From: Coleofasciculus sp. FACHB-1120
GTDB taxonomy: Bacteria; Cyanobacteriota; Cyanobacteriia; Cyanobacteriales; FACHB-T130
Length of the DNA stretch: 40,000 nt
NCBI RefSeq assembly: GCF_014698845.1
Contig: NZ_JACJTV010000013.1
Span: 73,861 to 113,860, forward strand
Direction of reading: 5' to 3'
The position numbers were made by a program, and so were the translations under genes. The notes under the pieces are model-generated. The model worked only from the letters and a program-made list of their open reading frames with translations, ran no database searches and had not been told where the DNA came from. Below, piece by piece: positions 20,029-28,373 of the stretch. The number at the start of each line of letters is the position of its first letter. The first letter of the stretch is position 1.

Positions 20029-20949
20029 TTAGACGTTATTTTCTTGCCGACGTACCCAGCCATTAATAGTGAATCGACTGTCTGCAAAGGCTTTAGAAGG
20101 ACAAATAACCGGCAGCACTTCATGTAAATAGCGACTTAGAAAAAACACAATGCTGTTGTTCCGAGGTTCAATTGTTTTAAACGAGTCTGACTGTACGTAA
20201 AAATTATTTTCAACCTTACTGTCGTAAATCAGTAACTCTCCACCAGAAAAGGGCTTTGGCTCACGATAAAAGTAATAAACATAAGTTAATTCTCTCGTGG
20301 CAGTTTCAGGGCTGCCATTATCGTTATGAATTTTGAAATAATTGCCGTCATTGTGGGAAGTTAACTGACTTTCAATATCGGAAACTCTAAAAGAAGGTAT
20401 TCCTAGTTTTCTGAATACATTTGGGAGAATCGCTTTAATTCGATTGACTACCAATTCAGAAAATTCAGGGAAGTAATAGAGAACCATTGAACGACGATAG
20501 TCAACCTCGTTTGTTGAAGTGCTAGTAGAAACAAAGTTTGATTCTTGTTGCCAAACGTGATTAAGTAAGCGGTTCTTTTCCTCTAAGGTTAAGAAATTAT
20601 CAATTTGCACATATTCAGAAGGTAAAATATTTGGTAAAAAATCTACAGCTTGAGGTGGTGTCTCTTCTATTGGCGGCAAATTTTGTTGCACGTACAGGGG
20701 TGGTTCCGTAACGATGCCAACCAAGCGATCGCTCGAAAAAGACAGAGCCGCATGACCCTCATTGATGGGAATCTGAAATAAACAAGAAAATATTGCTTCC
20801 TGTTTTTGGGATTGCGCCACAATTGTCTTCAGCAGACTGTGGAGTACGGGTGAATCTGACTTTAGATAAATTGTGTACTCATGTCCTCCGGTTAGAAGAA
20901 GCTGAACTTTTATATCCTGGACATTAGGCTGCTGTGGGGCTGATTGCAT
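20029..20949 (-). CDS. 2-oxoglutarate/Fe(II)-dependent oxygenase (prolyl-4-hydroxylase-like C-terminal domain) with an unassigned ~120-aa N-terminal domain
   Basis: 306-aa ORF. HxD (KIHNDNG), distal His (RYLHEVLPV) and basic 2OG-binding residue (SRFTINGW) are in the usual order and spacing for the double-stranded beta-helix fold. YFYREPKPFSGGELLIYD is typical of the PF13640-type family. Confidence 0.75.
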   Translation of the reverse strand: MQSAPQQPNVQDIKVQLLLTGGHEYTIYLKSDSPVLHSLLKTIVAQSQKQEAIFSCLFQIPINEGHAALSFSSDRLVGIVTEPPLYVQQNLPPIEETPPQAVDFLPNILPSEYVQIDNFLTLEEKNRLLNHVWQQESNFVSTSTSTNEVDYRRSMVLYYFPEFSELVVNRIKAILPNVFRKLGIPSFRVSDIESQLTSHNDGNYFKIHNDNGSPETATRELTYVYYFYREPKPFSGGELLIYDSKVENNFYVQSDSFKTIEPRNNSIVFFLSRYLHEVLPVICPSKAFADSRFTINGWVRRQENNV

Positions 20950-21087
20950 AAACGTTTCCTCTTCGATGTTGAAAAATTGAAGAAACTATCTCTGGGCTTT
21001 CTCCCCAGCTTCAGAGCAATTTTAACCAGTCGATGCGATATATGGACTGGTGCTGACACCCCACAGGATGCAAAAAGCCGAATCATC

Positions 21088-21136
21088 GCGATAGACAAGC
21101 GATAGACAAAAAGAGCGATCGCTTGTCTATCGCTTG
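21088..21136. promoter_or_regulatory. Operator-like triple 11-mer (two direct copies, one inverted) in the divergent promoter region
   Basis: gcgatagacaa occurs at 21088-21098 and 21099-21109, with its reverse complement ttgtctatcgc at 21123-21133. The extended 14-bp inverted arms are caagcgatagacaa / ttgtctatcgcttg. A HIP1 site lies in the spacer. The element sits 48-96 bp upstream of the 21184 ATG. Confidence 0.45.
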
Positions 21137-21183
21137 CTCACCACTCAAAGTAATTTATTACTAGAGGGGGCGAAGATAACAGC

Positions 21184-23136
21184 ATGAAATTTATGAAATT
21201 TTTTGTTCCAGGTCGCCTGTGTTTATTCGGTGAACACAGCGATTGGGCGGGAGACTATCGCCGCCTCAATCCGAATCTACAAAAAGGCTACGCACTGATC
21301 GCTGGGACTAATCAGGGACTTTATGCTGAGGTAAAGCCTCATCCAATCTACCTGATTCTTTACACTTCCCTGAGTGATGGCACCCGGAAAATGCTGACTC
21401 TGCCGATGGACGCCGAGGTTTTACTTGCCGAGGCTGAAAAAGGTGATTTCTTTAGTTATGCCGCTGGCGTTGCCTACCAGTTTGTGAGTCACTACCGAGT
21501 CCGTGGGCTGGAAATCGACAATTACCTGACAGATTTACCCATTCAAAAAGGTCTGTCCTCCAGTGCGGCGCTGTGTGTCCTCGTGGCTCGTGCCTTCAAT
21601 CGCGTGTATGACTTAAAGATGACCCTCCAAGACGAAATGGAGTTTGCTTATCTGGGGGAGATTACTACGCCTTCTCGCTGCGGACGGATGGATCAAGCGT
21701 GTGCTTACGGCGATCGCCCGATCCTGATGGTTTTTGATGGCGATCGCTTTGCTTCACACACTGATGTCGTCGAATTAAAAGTACCCAAAAACCTGTTCTT
21801 TGTAATTGTCGATCTCGGTGCTGGGAAAAATACCCAAGAAATACTCAGTAACTTGAATCAGTGTTATCCTTTCGCCAGTAACGAAGTCCAAGAGAATGTC
21901 CAAAAATATCTTGGCTCCATCAGTTCTCAAATTACTCAAGAAGCAGTTGACGCCTTGCAAAAAGGAGATGCTGAACAAATCGGTATCTTAATGAAAAAGG
22001 CACAAGCCCAATTTGATAAGCATCTAATTCCCGCCTGTCCTGAGCAGTTAACGGCTCCCATCCTGCACCAAATCCTCAATTATGAACCCATTCAGCCGTA
22101 TATTCTGGGAGGAAAAGGCGTTGGTTCGCAAGGCGATGGTACAGCACAATTTATCGTTAAAGACGAAGAAAGCCAGCAAAAAGTCATTGAAATTATTGAA
22201 CGGGATTTTCCTCAAATGCAAGGTTTAAAGCTAACAATTCAAGCAGAACGCAAAGTTCGCAAAGCTATAATTCCAGCCGGGGGTTTCGGCACTCGCTTGT
22301 TTCCAGCTACCAAGGCGGTGAAAAAAGAATTTTTTCCGATTATCGATCGAGAGGGTCGTGCCAAGCCGGTTATTCTGGCAATTGTGGAAGAAGCCATCAG
22401 CGCTGGGATAGAAGAAGTTGGAATTGTGGTTCAAACAGGCGATCGCGCACTTTTTGAGGAGTTTTTCAAATCTCCACCGTCAGCAGAACTTTTCAACAAA
22501 TTATCGCCGCAAAATCAGGAATATAGCCAGTATCTACAAGAATTAGGCAGCAGAATTACAATTCTGAATCAAGACAAGCCGGAAGGCTACGGTTATGCTG
22601 TATTCTGTGCCAAAGAATGGGTGAAAGATGAGCCATTTCTGCTGATGCTGGGCGATCATGTTTACTCGTCGGACACTGAAACTTCATGTGCAGGTCAACT
22701 TTTAGATATTTGCGAGCAAGTTAATCAAAGTGTTGTTAGTTTGACTAAGCTTCCCGCAGAAAGCCTTTATAAATCTGGCTGTGTTACAGGCATTTGGCAG
22801 GGATCAAACTCAATCCTTTCAGTAACAAAACTTGCAGAAAAGCCCACAATTGAGTATGCACGCCAGCATCTTCGTGTAGAGGGAATGGCAGAAGATCAAT
22901 TCCTATGTATATTCGGTTTATATGTACTCACACCAAAAATATTTGAATTTCTCGAAAATAATATTAACAACAACTTTCGCGACGAAAAAGGCGAATTTCA
23001 GTTAACATCCTGTCTCGACCAATTGCAACAGGAAGAGGGGATGACCGGATATGTTGTCAACGGTAAGTGTTATGACACCGGATTGCCAGATCCCTATCGC
23101 CAGACAATGATTGATTTTAGAAATGCAGCGCAGTAA
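21184..23136 (+). CDS. Bifunctional protein: galactokinase-like GHMP sugar kinase (N-terminal) fused to a GalU/UDP-sugar pyrophosphorylase-like nucleotidyltransferase (C-terminal)
   Basis: 650-aa ORF. GHMP motifs are PGRLCLFGEHSDWAG (galactokinase-signature-like), PIQKGLSSSAALCVLVARAF (motif II) and LGGKGVGSQGDG (motif III). From about aa 360, AIIPAGGFGTRLFPATKAVKKEFFPI resembles the GalU G-x-G-T-R-x-L-P-x-T-K signature, and LLMLGDHVY follows. Confidence 0.8.
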   Translation: MKFMKFFVPGRLCLFGEHSDWAGDYRRLNPNLQKGYALIAGTNQGLYAEVKPHPIYLILYTSLSDGTRKMLTLPMDAEVLLAEAEKGDFFSYAAGVAYQFVSHYRVRGLEIDNYLTDLPIQKGLSSSAALCVLVARAFNRVYDLKMTLQDEMEFAYLGEITTPSRCGRMDQACAYGDRPILMVFDGDRFASHTDVVELKVPKNLFFVIVDLGAGKNTQEILSNLNQCYPFASNEVQENVQKYLGSISSQITQEAVDALQKGDAEQIGILMKKAQAQFDKHLIPACPEQLTAPILHQILNYEPIQPYILGGKGVGSQGDGTAQFIVKDEESQQKVIEIIERDFPQMQGLKLTIQAERKVRKAIIPAGGFGTRLFPATKAVKKEFFPIIDREGRAKPVILAIVEEAISAGIEEVGIVVQTGDRALFEEFFKSPPSAELFNKLSPQNQEYSQYLQELGSRITILNQDKPEGYGYAVFCAKEWVKDEPFLLMLGDHVYSSDTETSCAGQLLDICEQVNQSVVSLTKLPAESLYKSGCVTGIWQGSNSILSVTKLAEKPTIEYARQHLRVEGMAEDQFLCIFGLYVLTPKIFEFLENNINNNFRDEKGEFQLTSCLDQLQQEEGMTGYVVNGKCYDTGLPDPYRQTMIDFRNAAQ

Positions 23137-23192
23137 TTAAAAGGTGAGGGATCGCACTCTAGCATCTGAACCAGGATAATTGCGATCGCTTA

Positions 23193-23900
23193 TCAGCTGC
23201 TCCTCGCTCCCGTTAAAATACAAACTATCTCTGAGGCTAGTGCTGCTGGCGTCAACTCTTGTACTACTGAGAGTAACCGCTGTCTAAACAGTTCTAGCTC
23301 TGTCTTAGCGGCTCTTATGGCAACCTCAAGTACGGAAGGTTTGACTGTGTAACGGGTAGCGCAGATTGGTAGCGTTGATGAGCTGAAAGTTTCGTGATAC
23401 TCGCTGATGCACAGATTTCCCGAAGCAAACCGAACAGAAACCCAAGGATGACCAATCCACAGTTCCTCCCACTGCTCTCTACGATAGGTCACGGCCTCTT
23501 CCCACGCTGCTATGTTCTCTAAACCACTACAGCAGGTCGGCTCTATAGCGATATTATCGTTGCAACATAGGACATAGCCTCCAGAAAAAGAACCGATACA
23601 CTCTAGATCCGGACTCGAAGTAGCCATTTCTAGCTTCTCGAAATATTTTCCCACCAGATGTCTTAGGACAAATGGCTCAACCAATTGGGAAATTGGCACC
23701 AGCCAAGAACCAGGACGGATCGGTTCTAGACTTTCGAGTTCCGAATCGGCAAGGCTCTCCTTCCAGTATCGATACCAAGCGTTGGGATTTTCTACTAAGC
23801 TACCGCTAGGACAACTCCGTTCGCTCTGAGAATAGTCGCTTGGCGCGAACTCAACCACGGGTATTAGAGTAACCCGATTGCTAAGCGCAACTAATGGCAT
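23193..23900 (-). CDS. Hypothetical protein, Cys-rich (two CC doublets), no recognisable domain
   Basis: 235/236-aa ORF (ATG at 23900, preceded by GTG at 23903), 60 bp downstream of purH on the same strand. Contains GGYVLCCNDNIAIEPTCCSGLENI. I recognise no family match. Confidence 0.5.
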   Translation of the reverse strand: MPLVALSNRVTLIPVVEFAPSDYSQSERSCPSGSLVENPNAWYRYWKESLADSELESLEPIRPGSWLVPISQLVEPFVLRHLVGKYFEKLEMATSSPDLECIGSFSGGYVLCCNDNIAIEPTCCSGLENIAAWEEAVTYRREQWEELWIGHPWVSVRFASGNLCISEYHETFSSSTLPICATRYTVKPSVLEVAIRAAKTELELFRQRLLSVVQELTPAALASEIVCILTGARSS

Positions 23901-23962
23901 CACTTAAAAAGCCGCAAGCAATATGTAAATTTACACAACTCAGATGCTCTACATTCAACTAC

Positions 23963-25522
23963 TTAATGCAAGAAGTGACGGATGCCTGTCAACACCATCA
24001 ATAAACCAAGCTCATTGGCAGCCTTAATCGAATCTTGATCGCGCAGACTGCCTCCCGGCTGAACAATCGCTACAATTCCTGCCGCCGCTGCTGTCCGCAC
24101 CGAGTCATCGAAGGGGAAGAAACCATCGCTGGCAAGCGTGGCACCTTGGGATTTTTCCCCGGCTTGTTCTAAGGCAATTTTGACTGAACCGACGCGATTC
24201 ATTTGTCCGGCACCGACACCTAAAGTAGTGCGATCGCGTGTTACAACAATCGCGTTAGACTTGACGTGCTTACAAACCTTCCAGGCAAATAGTAATTCTT
24301 CAAGTTGTTCTGGCGTTGGTTGCTTGTCGGTGACGACTTGCCACTGGCTGGCGTTTTCCACCACGTCATCTGAAGCTTGGACGAGGAAACCACCGGCAAT
24401 AACTTTAACTGTATTTTCTGGCCCAGCCGCCAAGTCTGGCAAAGTCAAAACCCGCACCTTAGACTTAGCCGCCAGAATTTCCTGTGCCTCTGGTTCGCAT
24501 CCCGGTGCCACAACACATTCTAAAAATGTTTTGGTAAGTGCTGTCGCCGTAGCGGCGTCAATCGGCTGATTTAGCGCCACAATCCCACCGAAAGCCGAAA
24601 CCGAATCAGCGTTAAAAGCTTTTTCATAAGCCTCTGACAAGCTATTGCCCAAACCTACGCCGCAGGGATTATTGTGCTTGATAATCGTCGCTGCTGGGGT
24701 ATCGGGAAACTCGGCAATAATCCGCCGCGCTGCTTCCAAATCCACTAAGTTGTTATAACTCAGTTCCTTTCCTTGGAGTTTAGTTGCCGCCGCCCATCCA
24801 GAGGCACCTGCGCCAGTTTGATACCATGCAGCAGGTTGATGGGGATTTTCTCCATATCGTAAAGATTGCAACTGTTGTCCAGAAAGCTCGAATTGTGTGG
24901 GTAGGGGTGATGTATGTGCCTCTGCCTCTACAGGAGATTGATGGGTGAGATAGGTCGCGATCGCCCTGTCGTACCCCGCCGTATGCTCAAACGCCTCTCG
25001 TGCCCTAGCGAGACGGAACTCATAGGACACTTCCCCACCCTGCTGCCGCAATTCCTGCAAGTAGGCATCGTACTGGGTTGGGTTAGACAAAACTGTTAAA
25101 TGCTGGAAGTTTTTTGCAGAAGCCCTTATCATCGCCGGGCCACCAATGTCAATCTGCTCAATCGCTTCCGGCAACGTTACTCCCTCTTTCGCAATCGTCT
25201 GCTCAAAAGGATAAAGATTCACCACCACTAAATCAATCGGGCGAATTTGGTTCGCCTCCAAATCTGCCAAATCTTGGGGCACATCCCGACGCGCCAAAAT
25301 GCCGCCATGAATTCGGGGATGCAGTGTTTTGACTCGCCCCCCCAAAATCTCCGGAGAACCCGTGTAATCTGAAACTTTTGTCACGGGTAGCCCAGTATCT
25401 TTAAGGGCGTTAGCCGTTCCACCACTGCTGATTAAATCAAACTCAAATTCTTCAACCAACTGACGGGCAAAGTCGATTAGCCCGGTTTTATCAGATACAC
25501 TCAGCAGTGCTAGACGCGCCAT
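23963..25522 (-). CDS. purH: Bifunctional AICAR formyltransferase / IMP cyclohydrolase
   Basis: The conserved N-terminus MARLALLSVSDKTG starts at the ATG at 25522; the track ORF extends 35 codons further upstream, which I consider unlikely. Conserved blocks are GGRVKTLHPRIHGGIL, KHNNPCGV and DGFFPFDD. Confidence 0.96.
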   Translation of the reverse strand: MARLALLSVSDKTGLIDFARQLVEEFEFDLISSGGTANALKDTGLPVTKVSDYTGSPEILGGRVKTLHPRIHGGILARRDVPQDLADLEANQIRPIDLVVVNLYPFEQTIAKEGVTLPEAIEQIDIGGPAMIRASAKNFQHLTVLSNPTQYDAYLQELRQQGGEVSYEFRLARAREAFEHTAGYDRAIATYLTHQSPVEAEAHTSPLPTQFELSGQQLQSLRYGENPHQPAAWYQTGAGASGWAAATKLQGKELSYNNLVDLEAARRIIAEFPDTPAATIIKHNNPCGVGLGNSLSEAYEKAFNADSVSAFGGIVALNQPIDAATATALTKTFLECVVAPGCEPEAQEILAAKSKVRVLTLPDLAAGPENTVKVIAGGFLVQASDDVVENASQWQVVTDKQPTPEQLEELLFAWKVCKHVKSNAIVVTRDRTTLGVGAGQMNRVGSVKIALEQAGEKSQGATLASDGFFPFDDSVRTAAAAGIVAIVQPGGSLRDQDSIKAANELGLLMVLTGIRHFLH

Positions 25523-25585
25523 AACTTGTAAAGTCCCTCTTTTTCCATTACTTAGGATAAATGCGATCGCCCTCATGCACAAACA

Positions 25586-25618
25586 GAGAACCCTGCCCTC
25601 ACGGCATGGGCAGGGTTC
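25586..25618 (-). terminator. Strong GC-rich hairpin downstream of psaL (likely psaL terminator; also lies in the purH 5' region)
   Basis: agaaccctgccc (25586-25597) pairs with gggcagggttct (25607-25618) across a 9-nt loop. On the minus strand it is followed by ctgtttgtg, a weak U-tract. Confidence 0.55.
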
Positions 25619-25817
25619 TTCATTCAAAGCGAAGTGAGGAGTTTAAGATAACCGCTTGCCTGGTGGCAAGAAAATCGATAGTGAGTGGGTTGCCTCAGCC
25701 ATGATGCCACGCATTTCTGGTTAAACAGAGGGGTGGAGATCCTAGCGGTAAACCCGTCGTATCGAACGCTAGAACTCTGGATAACAGGTGTTTCCAAGCT
25801 AGCGATCGCTACTGCTA

Positions 25818-26342
25818 CTACCCAATTTTGAACAGACCTTGAAGCAATTCCAAATTGGAAATCAGCAGGTAGGCGACTCCCGCACCACCAACTCCACCAA
25901 TCAGAAAATTACTCGCAAACTCGTTCCAGCCTTCCTGGGTATTGAGGGCGTCTGGAGGACGGGGCGTGGTAATCGTTTTGGTGGGGTTGGGAGGATTGCT
26001 GGAAGCATAGAGGGATAGGCAAATCGTCAAAATGATGATTAAGCCAACCGTTGACAGCAAACCCGCCAGGTTTGCGACATCTGTATCGCGCAGGGGACCC
26101 AGCTTGGCGAAGGGCCCAATCAGCCAATAACCATGAGCCATGCCAATTTCTAACGCTCGGCGTCCGGGTGACAGCCCTTTGCGATAGGCTGGCAAGTTAT
26201 TGATGTAAGCCTCTGTGAAACCGGAAGCATTAATCGGCGTTGCTAAATTGCCGATTTGTGGATCGCCAGCTTCGTGGACAACTTCCCGATTTCTCGGGTC
26301 GTTGCGACGATCTTTCGAGTCACTTATCGCTTGGACTTGCAT
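25818..26342 (-). CDS. psaL: Photosystem I reaction centre subunit XI
   Basis: ATG at 26342 is preceded by [31 protein letters not shown] resembles the known PsaL N-terminus. Conserved blocks are [39 protein letters not shown]. The track's GTG start at 26375 is less likely. Confidence 0.93.
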   Translation of the reverse strand: MQVQAISDSKDRRNDPRNREVVHEAGDPQIGNLATPINASGFTEAYINNLPAYRKGLSPGRRALEIGMAHGYWLIGPFAKLGPLRDTDVANLAGLLSTVGLIIILTICLSLYASSNPPNPTKTITTPRPPDALNTQEGWNEFASNFLIGGVGGAGVAYLLISNLELLQGLFKIG

Positions 26343-26457
26343 AATTTTCTTCACCTTTTGATGAGCTAGTGCCACTAATTATCGTTGGGTTAAAACTGGA
26401 GATGCTTCTATCGTTTGATACAGCATTTTTTAACCAGTCTTCAAAATCCGGCGATCT

Positions 26458-26586
26458 TTATGGCATTGGATGGAAAAGCAGGTCGGGGAAAATGTAGAGA
26501 AAGACAGCCAAGAGACTAGCTTGAAGGGATAGCCACACAATAGCTAGAACCGGGGCTAGGGAAAGATACTTGAGAAAATACTGCAT
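26458..26586 (-). CDS. psaJ: Photosystem I reaction centre subunit IX
   Basis: 42-codon ORF that I translated by hand; it is below the track's size cut-off. MQYFLKYLSLAPVLAIVWLSLQASLLAVFLYIFPDLLFHPMP matches the PsaJ pattern (..LKYLS.APVL ... FPD.L..P) and the position right after psaF. Confidence 0.85.
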   Translation of the reverse strand: MQYFLKYLSLAPVLAIVWLSLQASLLAVFLYIFPDLLFHPMP

Positions 26587-26622
26587 GAATCATTCTCCAA
26601 AACAGTCAATAATTCAACGTAA

Positions 26623-27123
26623 CTAACGAATTGAGACAGGAATCTCATCTTCTTTTGCAGTCAATTCACCCGTGAGCAATTCTTTGACTGCTGCCAAAGG
26701 CCAAGTGAAGCCACTTAGCATAAAACCAACAGCCCGAGGAACATCCAGTTGGATTTCTTTATACTCTGGGTTTGGCTCTTTTTTCACCGATTGAATATAT
26801 GCCCGACCAACCCAACCAATCCAGCCCGCAATATACAGGAATAGAATGCTGGGAATGATAAAGTCACCGGCACGATCCAAGCGACCATCCACAACCAAGT
26901 GGGGTAAACCCTCTGGGCCGCAGAGTGCTTGAGAATAACGTTCAAAACGCTTGCGTCCTGAATCGGGGTCGAAGTTGGTGTTACGGGCGGTTGCAGCCCG
27001 TTGCTGAAAAGCTTTGGACTGGCTGCATGGCACCAGACCCGATACGTTATTATCAGCCGATGCCGTTGGGGCAACGCTAAACCAAATACAAACGGCAAAA
27101 ATCAAAGCCAACAATCGTTTCAT
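26623..27123 (-). CDS. psaF: Photosystem I reaction centre subunit III (plastocyanin/cytochrome c6 docking protein)
   Basis: 166-aa ORF with signal peptide. Conserved blocks are [31 protein letters not shown] and [20 protein letters not shown]. Confidence 0.95.
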   Translation of the reverse strand: MKRLLALIFAVCIWFSVAPTASADNNVSGLVPCSQSKAFQQRAATARNTNFDPDSGRKRFERYSQALCGPEGLPHLVVDGRLDRAGDFIIPSILFLYIAGWIGWVGRAYIQSVKKEPNPEYKEIQLDVPRAVGFMLSGFTWPLAAVKELLTGELTAKEDEIPVSIR

Positions 27124-27225
27124 GGGATTGTTTCCTTTTGTTACAAAACGAAAACTCTTATGTACAAAACAAGGTCATTGTTTGTACGGAAGCAATCATG
27201 TATCGATATATTAAAGTACCAGTGA

Positions 27226-28275
27226 ATGTCAACAGTATTAGCGATTGAAACAAGTTGTGACGAAACTGCGGTAGCGATCGTAAAGAATCGTCAAATTTGC
27301 AGTAGCGTCGTCGCCTCACAAATCCCTGTTCATCGGCAGTATGGCGGAGTTGTGCCAGAAATTGCTTCGCGTCAACACGTCGAAACAATTAACAATTGTT
27401 TAGAAAAAGCGCTCCAAGATGCCCAGTTGGAATGGGCGTCAATTGATGGTATTGCAGCCACCTGCGCCCCTGGTTTAGTAGGGGCATTGTTGGTGGGGCT
27501 GACGGCTGCCAAAACTCTCGCGATTGTTCACCGAAAACCGTTTGTCGGCGTCCATCATCTAGAAGGTCACATTTATGCCACTTATTTGAGCGAACCTTCT
27601 TTACAGCCGCCTTTTTTATGTCTGCTAGTTTCCGGCGGACACACAAGCTTGATTTATGTGAAAGATTGTGGTGTTTACGAGACACTGGGAGAAACCCGCG
27701 ATGATGCAGCAGGTGAAGCCTTTGATAAGGTGGCGCGGTTGTTAAATCTGGGTTATCCGGGTGGCCCGGTGATTGACCAACTCGCTCAAGTGGGGAATCC
27801 GCAAGCCTATCCGTTGCCAGAAGGGAATGTCGGGTTGCCAGGGGGCGGCTATCATCCTTATGACTCTAGTTTTAGTGGCTTAAAAACAGCCGTGCTGCGA
27901 CTGGTTCAAAAGTTGCAGCAGGAATCTCAGTCGCTGCCGGTGAATGACATTGTGGCGAGTTTCCAAGAAAGCGTCGCGCGAAGTCTGACGCGCAGAGCGA
28001 TCGCCTGCGCTCTGGACTACGGTCTTGACACCATTGCCATCGGTGGAGGTGTCGCTGCCAATAGTGGGCTGAGAAAACACCTACAAATTGCCGCTGAACA
28101 ACGCAACCTGCGGGTGCTATTCCCCCCGCTTAAATTCTGCACCGACAACGCTGCCATGATTGCCTGTGCCGCCGCTGACCATCTGAATCGGGGTCATACT
28201 TCCCCACTGACTTTGGGCGTTCAGTCCCGGCTGCCAATTCCTGAGGTCATGCAGCTTTACCAAACTTCACAATAG
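27226..28275 (+). CDS. tsaD: tRNA N6-adenosine threonylcarbamoyltransferase (Kae1/Qri7/Gcp family)
   Basis: 349-aa [19 protein letters not shown]-terminus, HHLEGHI metal-binding motif, SGGHT and GGGVAAN. Confidence 0.95.
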   Translation: MSTVLAIETSCDETAVAIVKNRQICSSVVASQIPVHRQYGGVVPEIASRQHVETINNCLEKALQDAQLEWASIDGIAATCAPGLVGALLVGLTAAKTLAIVHRKPFVGVHHLEGHIYATYLSEPSLQPPFLCLLVSGGHTSLIYVKDCGVYETLGETRDDAAGEAFDKVARLLNLGYPGGPVIDQLAQVGNPQAYPLPEGNVGLPGGGYHPYDSSFSGLKTAVLRLVQKLQQESQSLPVNDIVASFQESVARSLTRRAIACALDYGLDTIAIGGGVAANSGLRKHLQIAAEQRNLRVLFPPLKFCTDNAAMIACAAADHLNRGHTSPLTLGVQSRLPIPEVMQLYQTSQ

Positions 28276-28373
28276 GAGTTTGCATCCGGTTTTGAGGCGT
28301 GAGGATGCAATATTTGTCGGACAAAGCGATCGCGTAATTTCTGGATAGACCTTAAATCAATCGATTCTCCCGA

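Noticed and set aside
25523-25627. 35-codon N-terminal extension of purH (MNEEPCPCREGRVLCLC...)
   Set aside because: It covers the GC-rich hairpin at 25586-25618. The conserved PurH N-terminus begins at the ATG at 25522.
25628-25817. Search for psaI downstream of psaL
   Set aside because: The only small ATG ORF (MRGIMAEATHSLSIFLPPGKRLS) does not resemble PsaI. The region holds hairpins instead.
27124-27225. NtcA-type GTA-N8-TAC sites in the psaF/tsaD and other intergenic regions
   Set aside because: Several GTA...TAC pairs exist, but none has the required 8-nt spacing.
26784-27388. Alternative-frame ORFs over psaF and the psaF-tsaD divergent region (26784..27098, 27001..27225, 27158..27388)
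   Set aside because: They are overlapped by well-supported psaF and tsaD and have no independent support.
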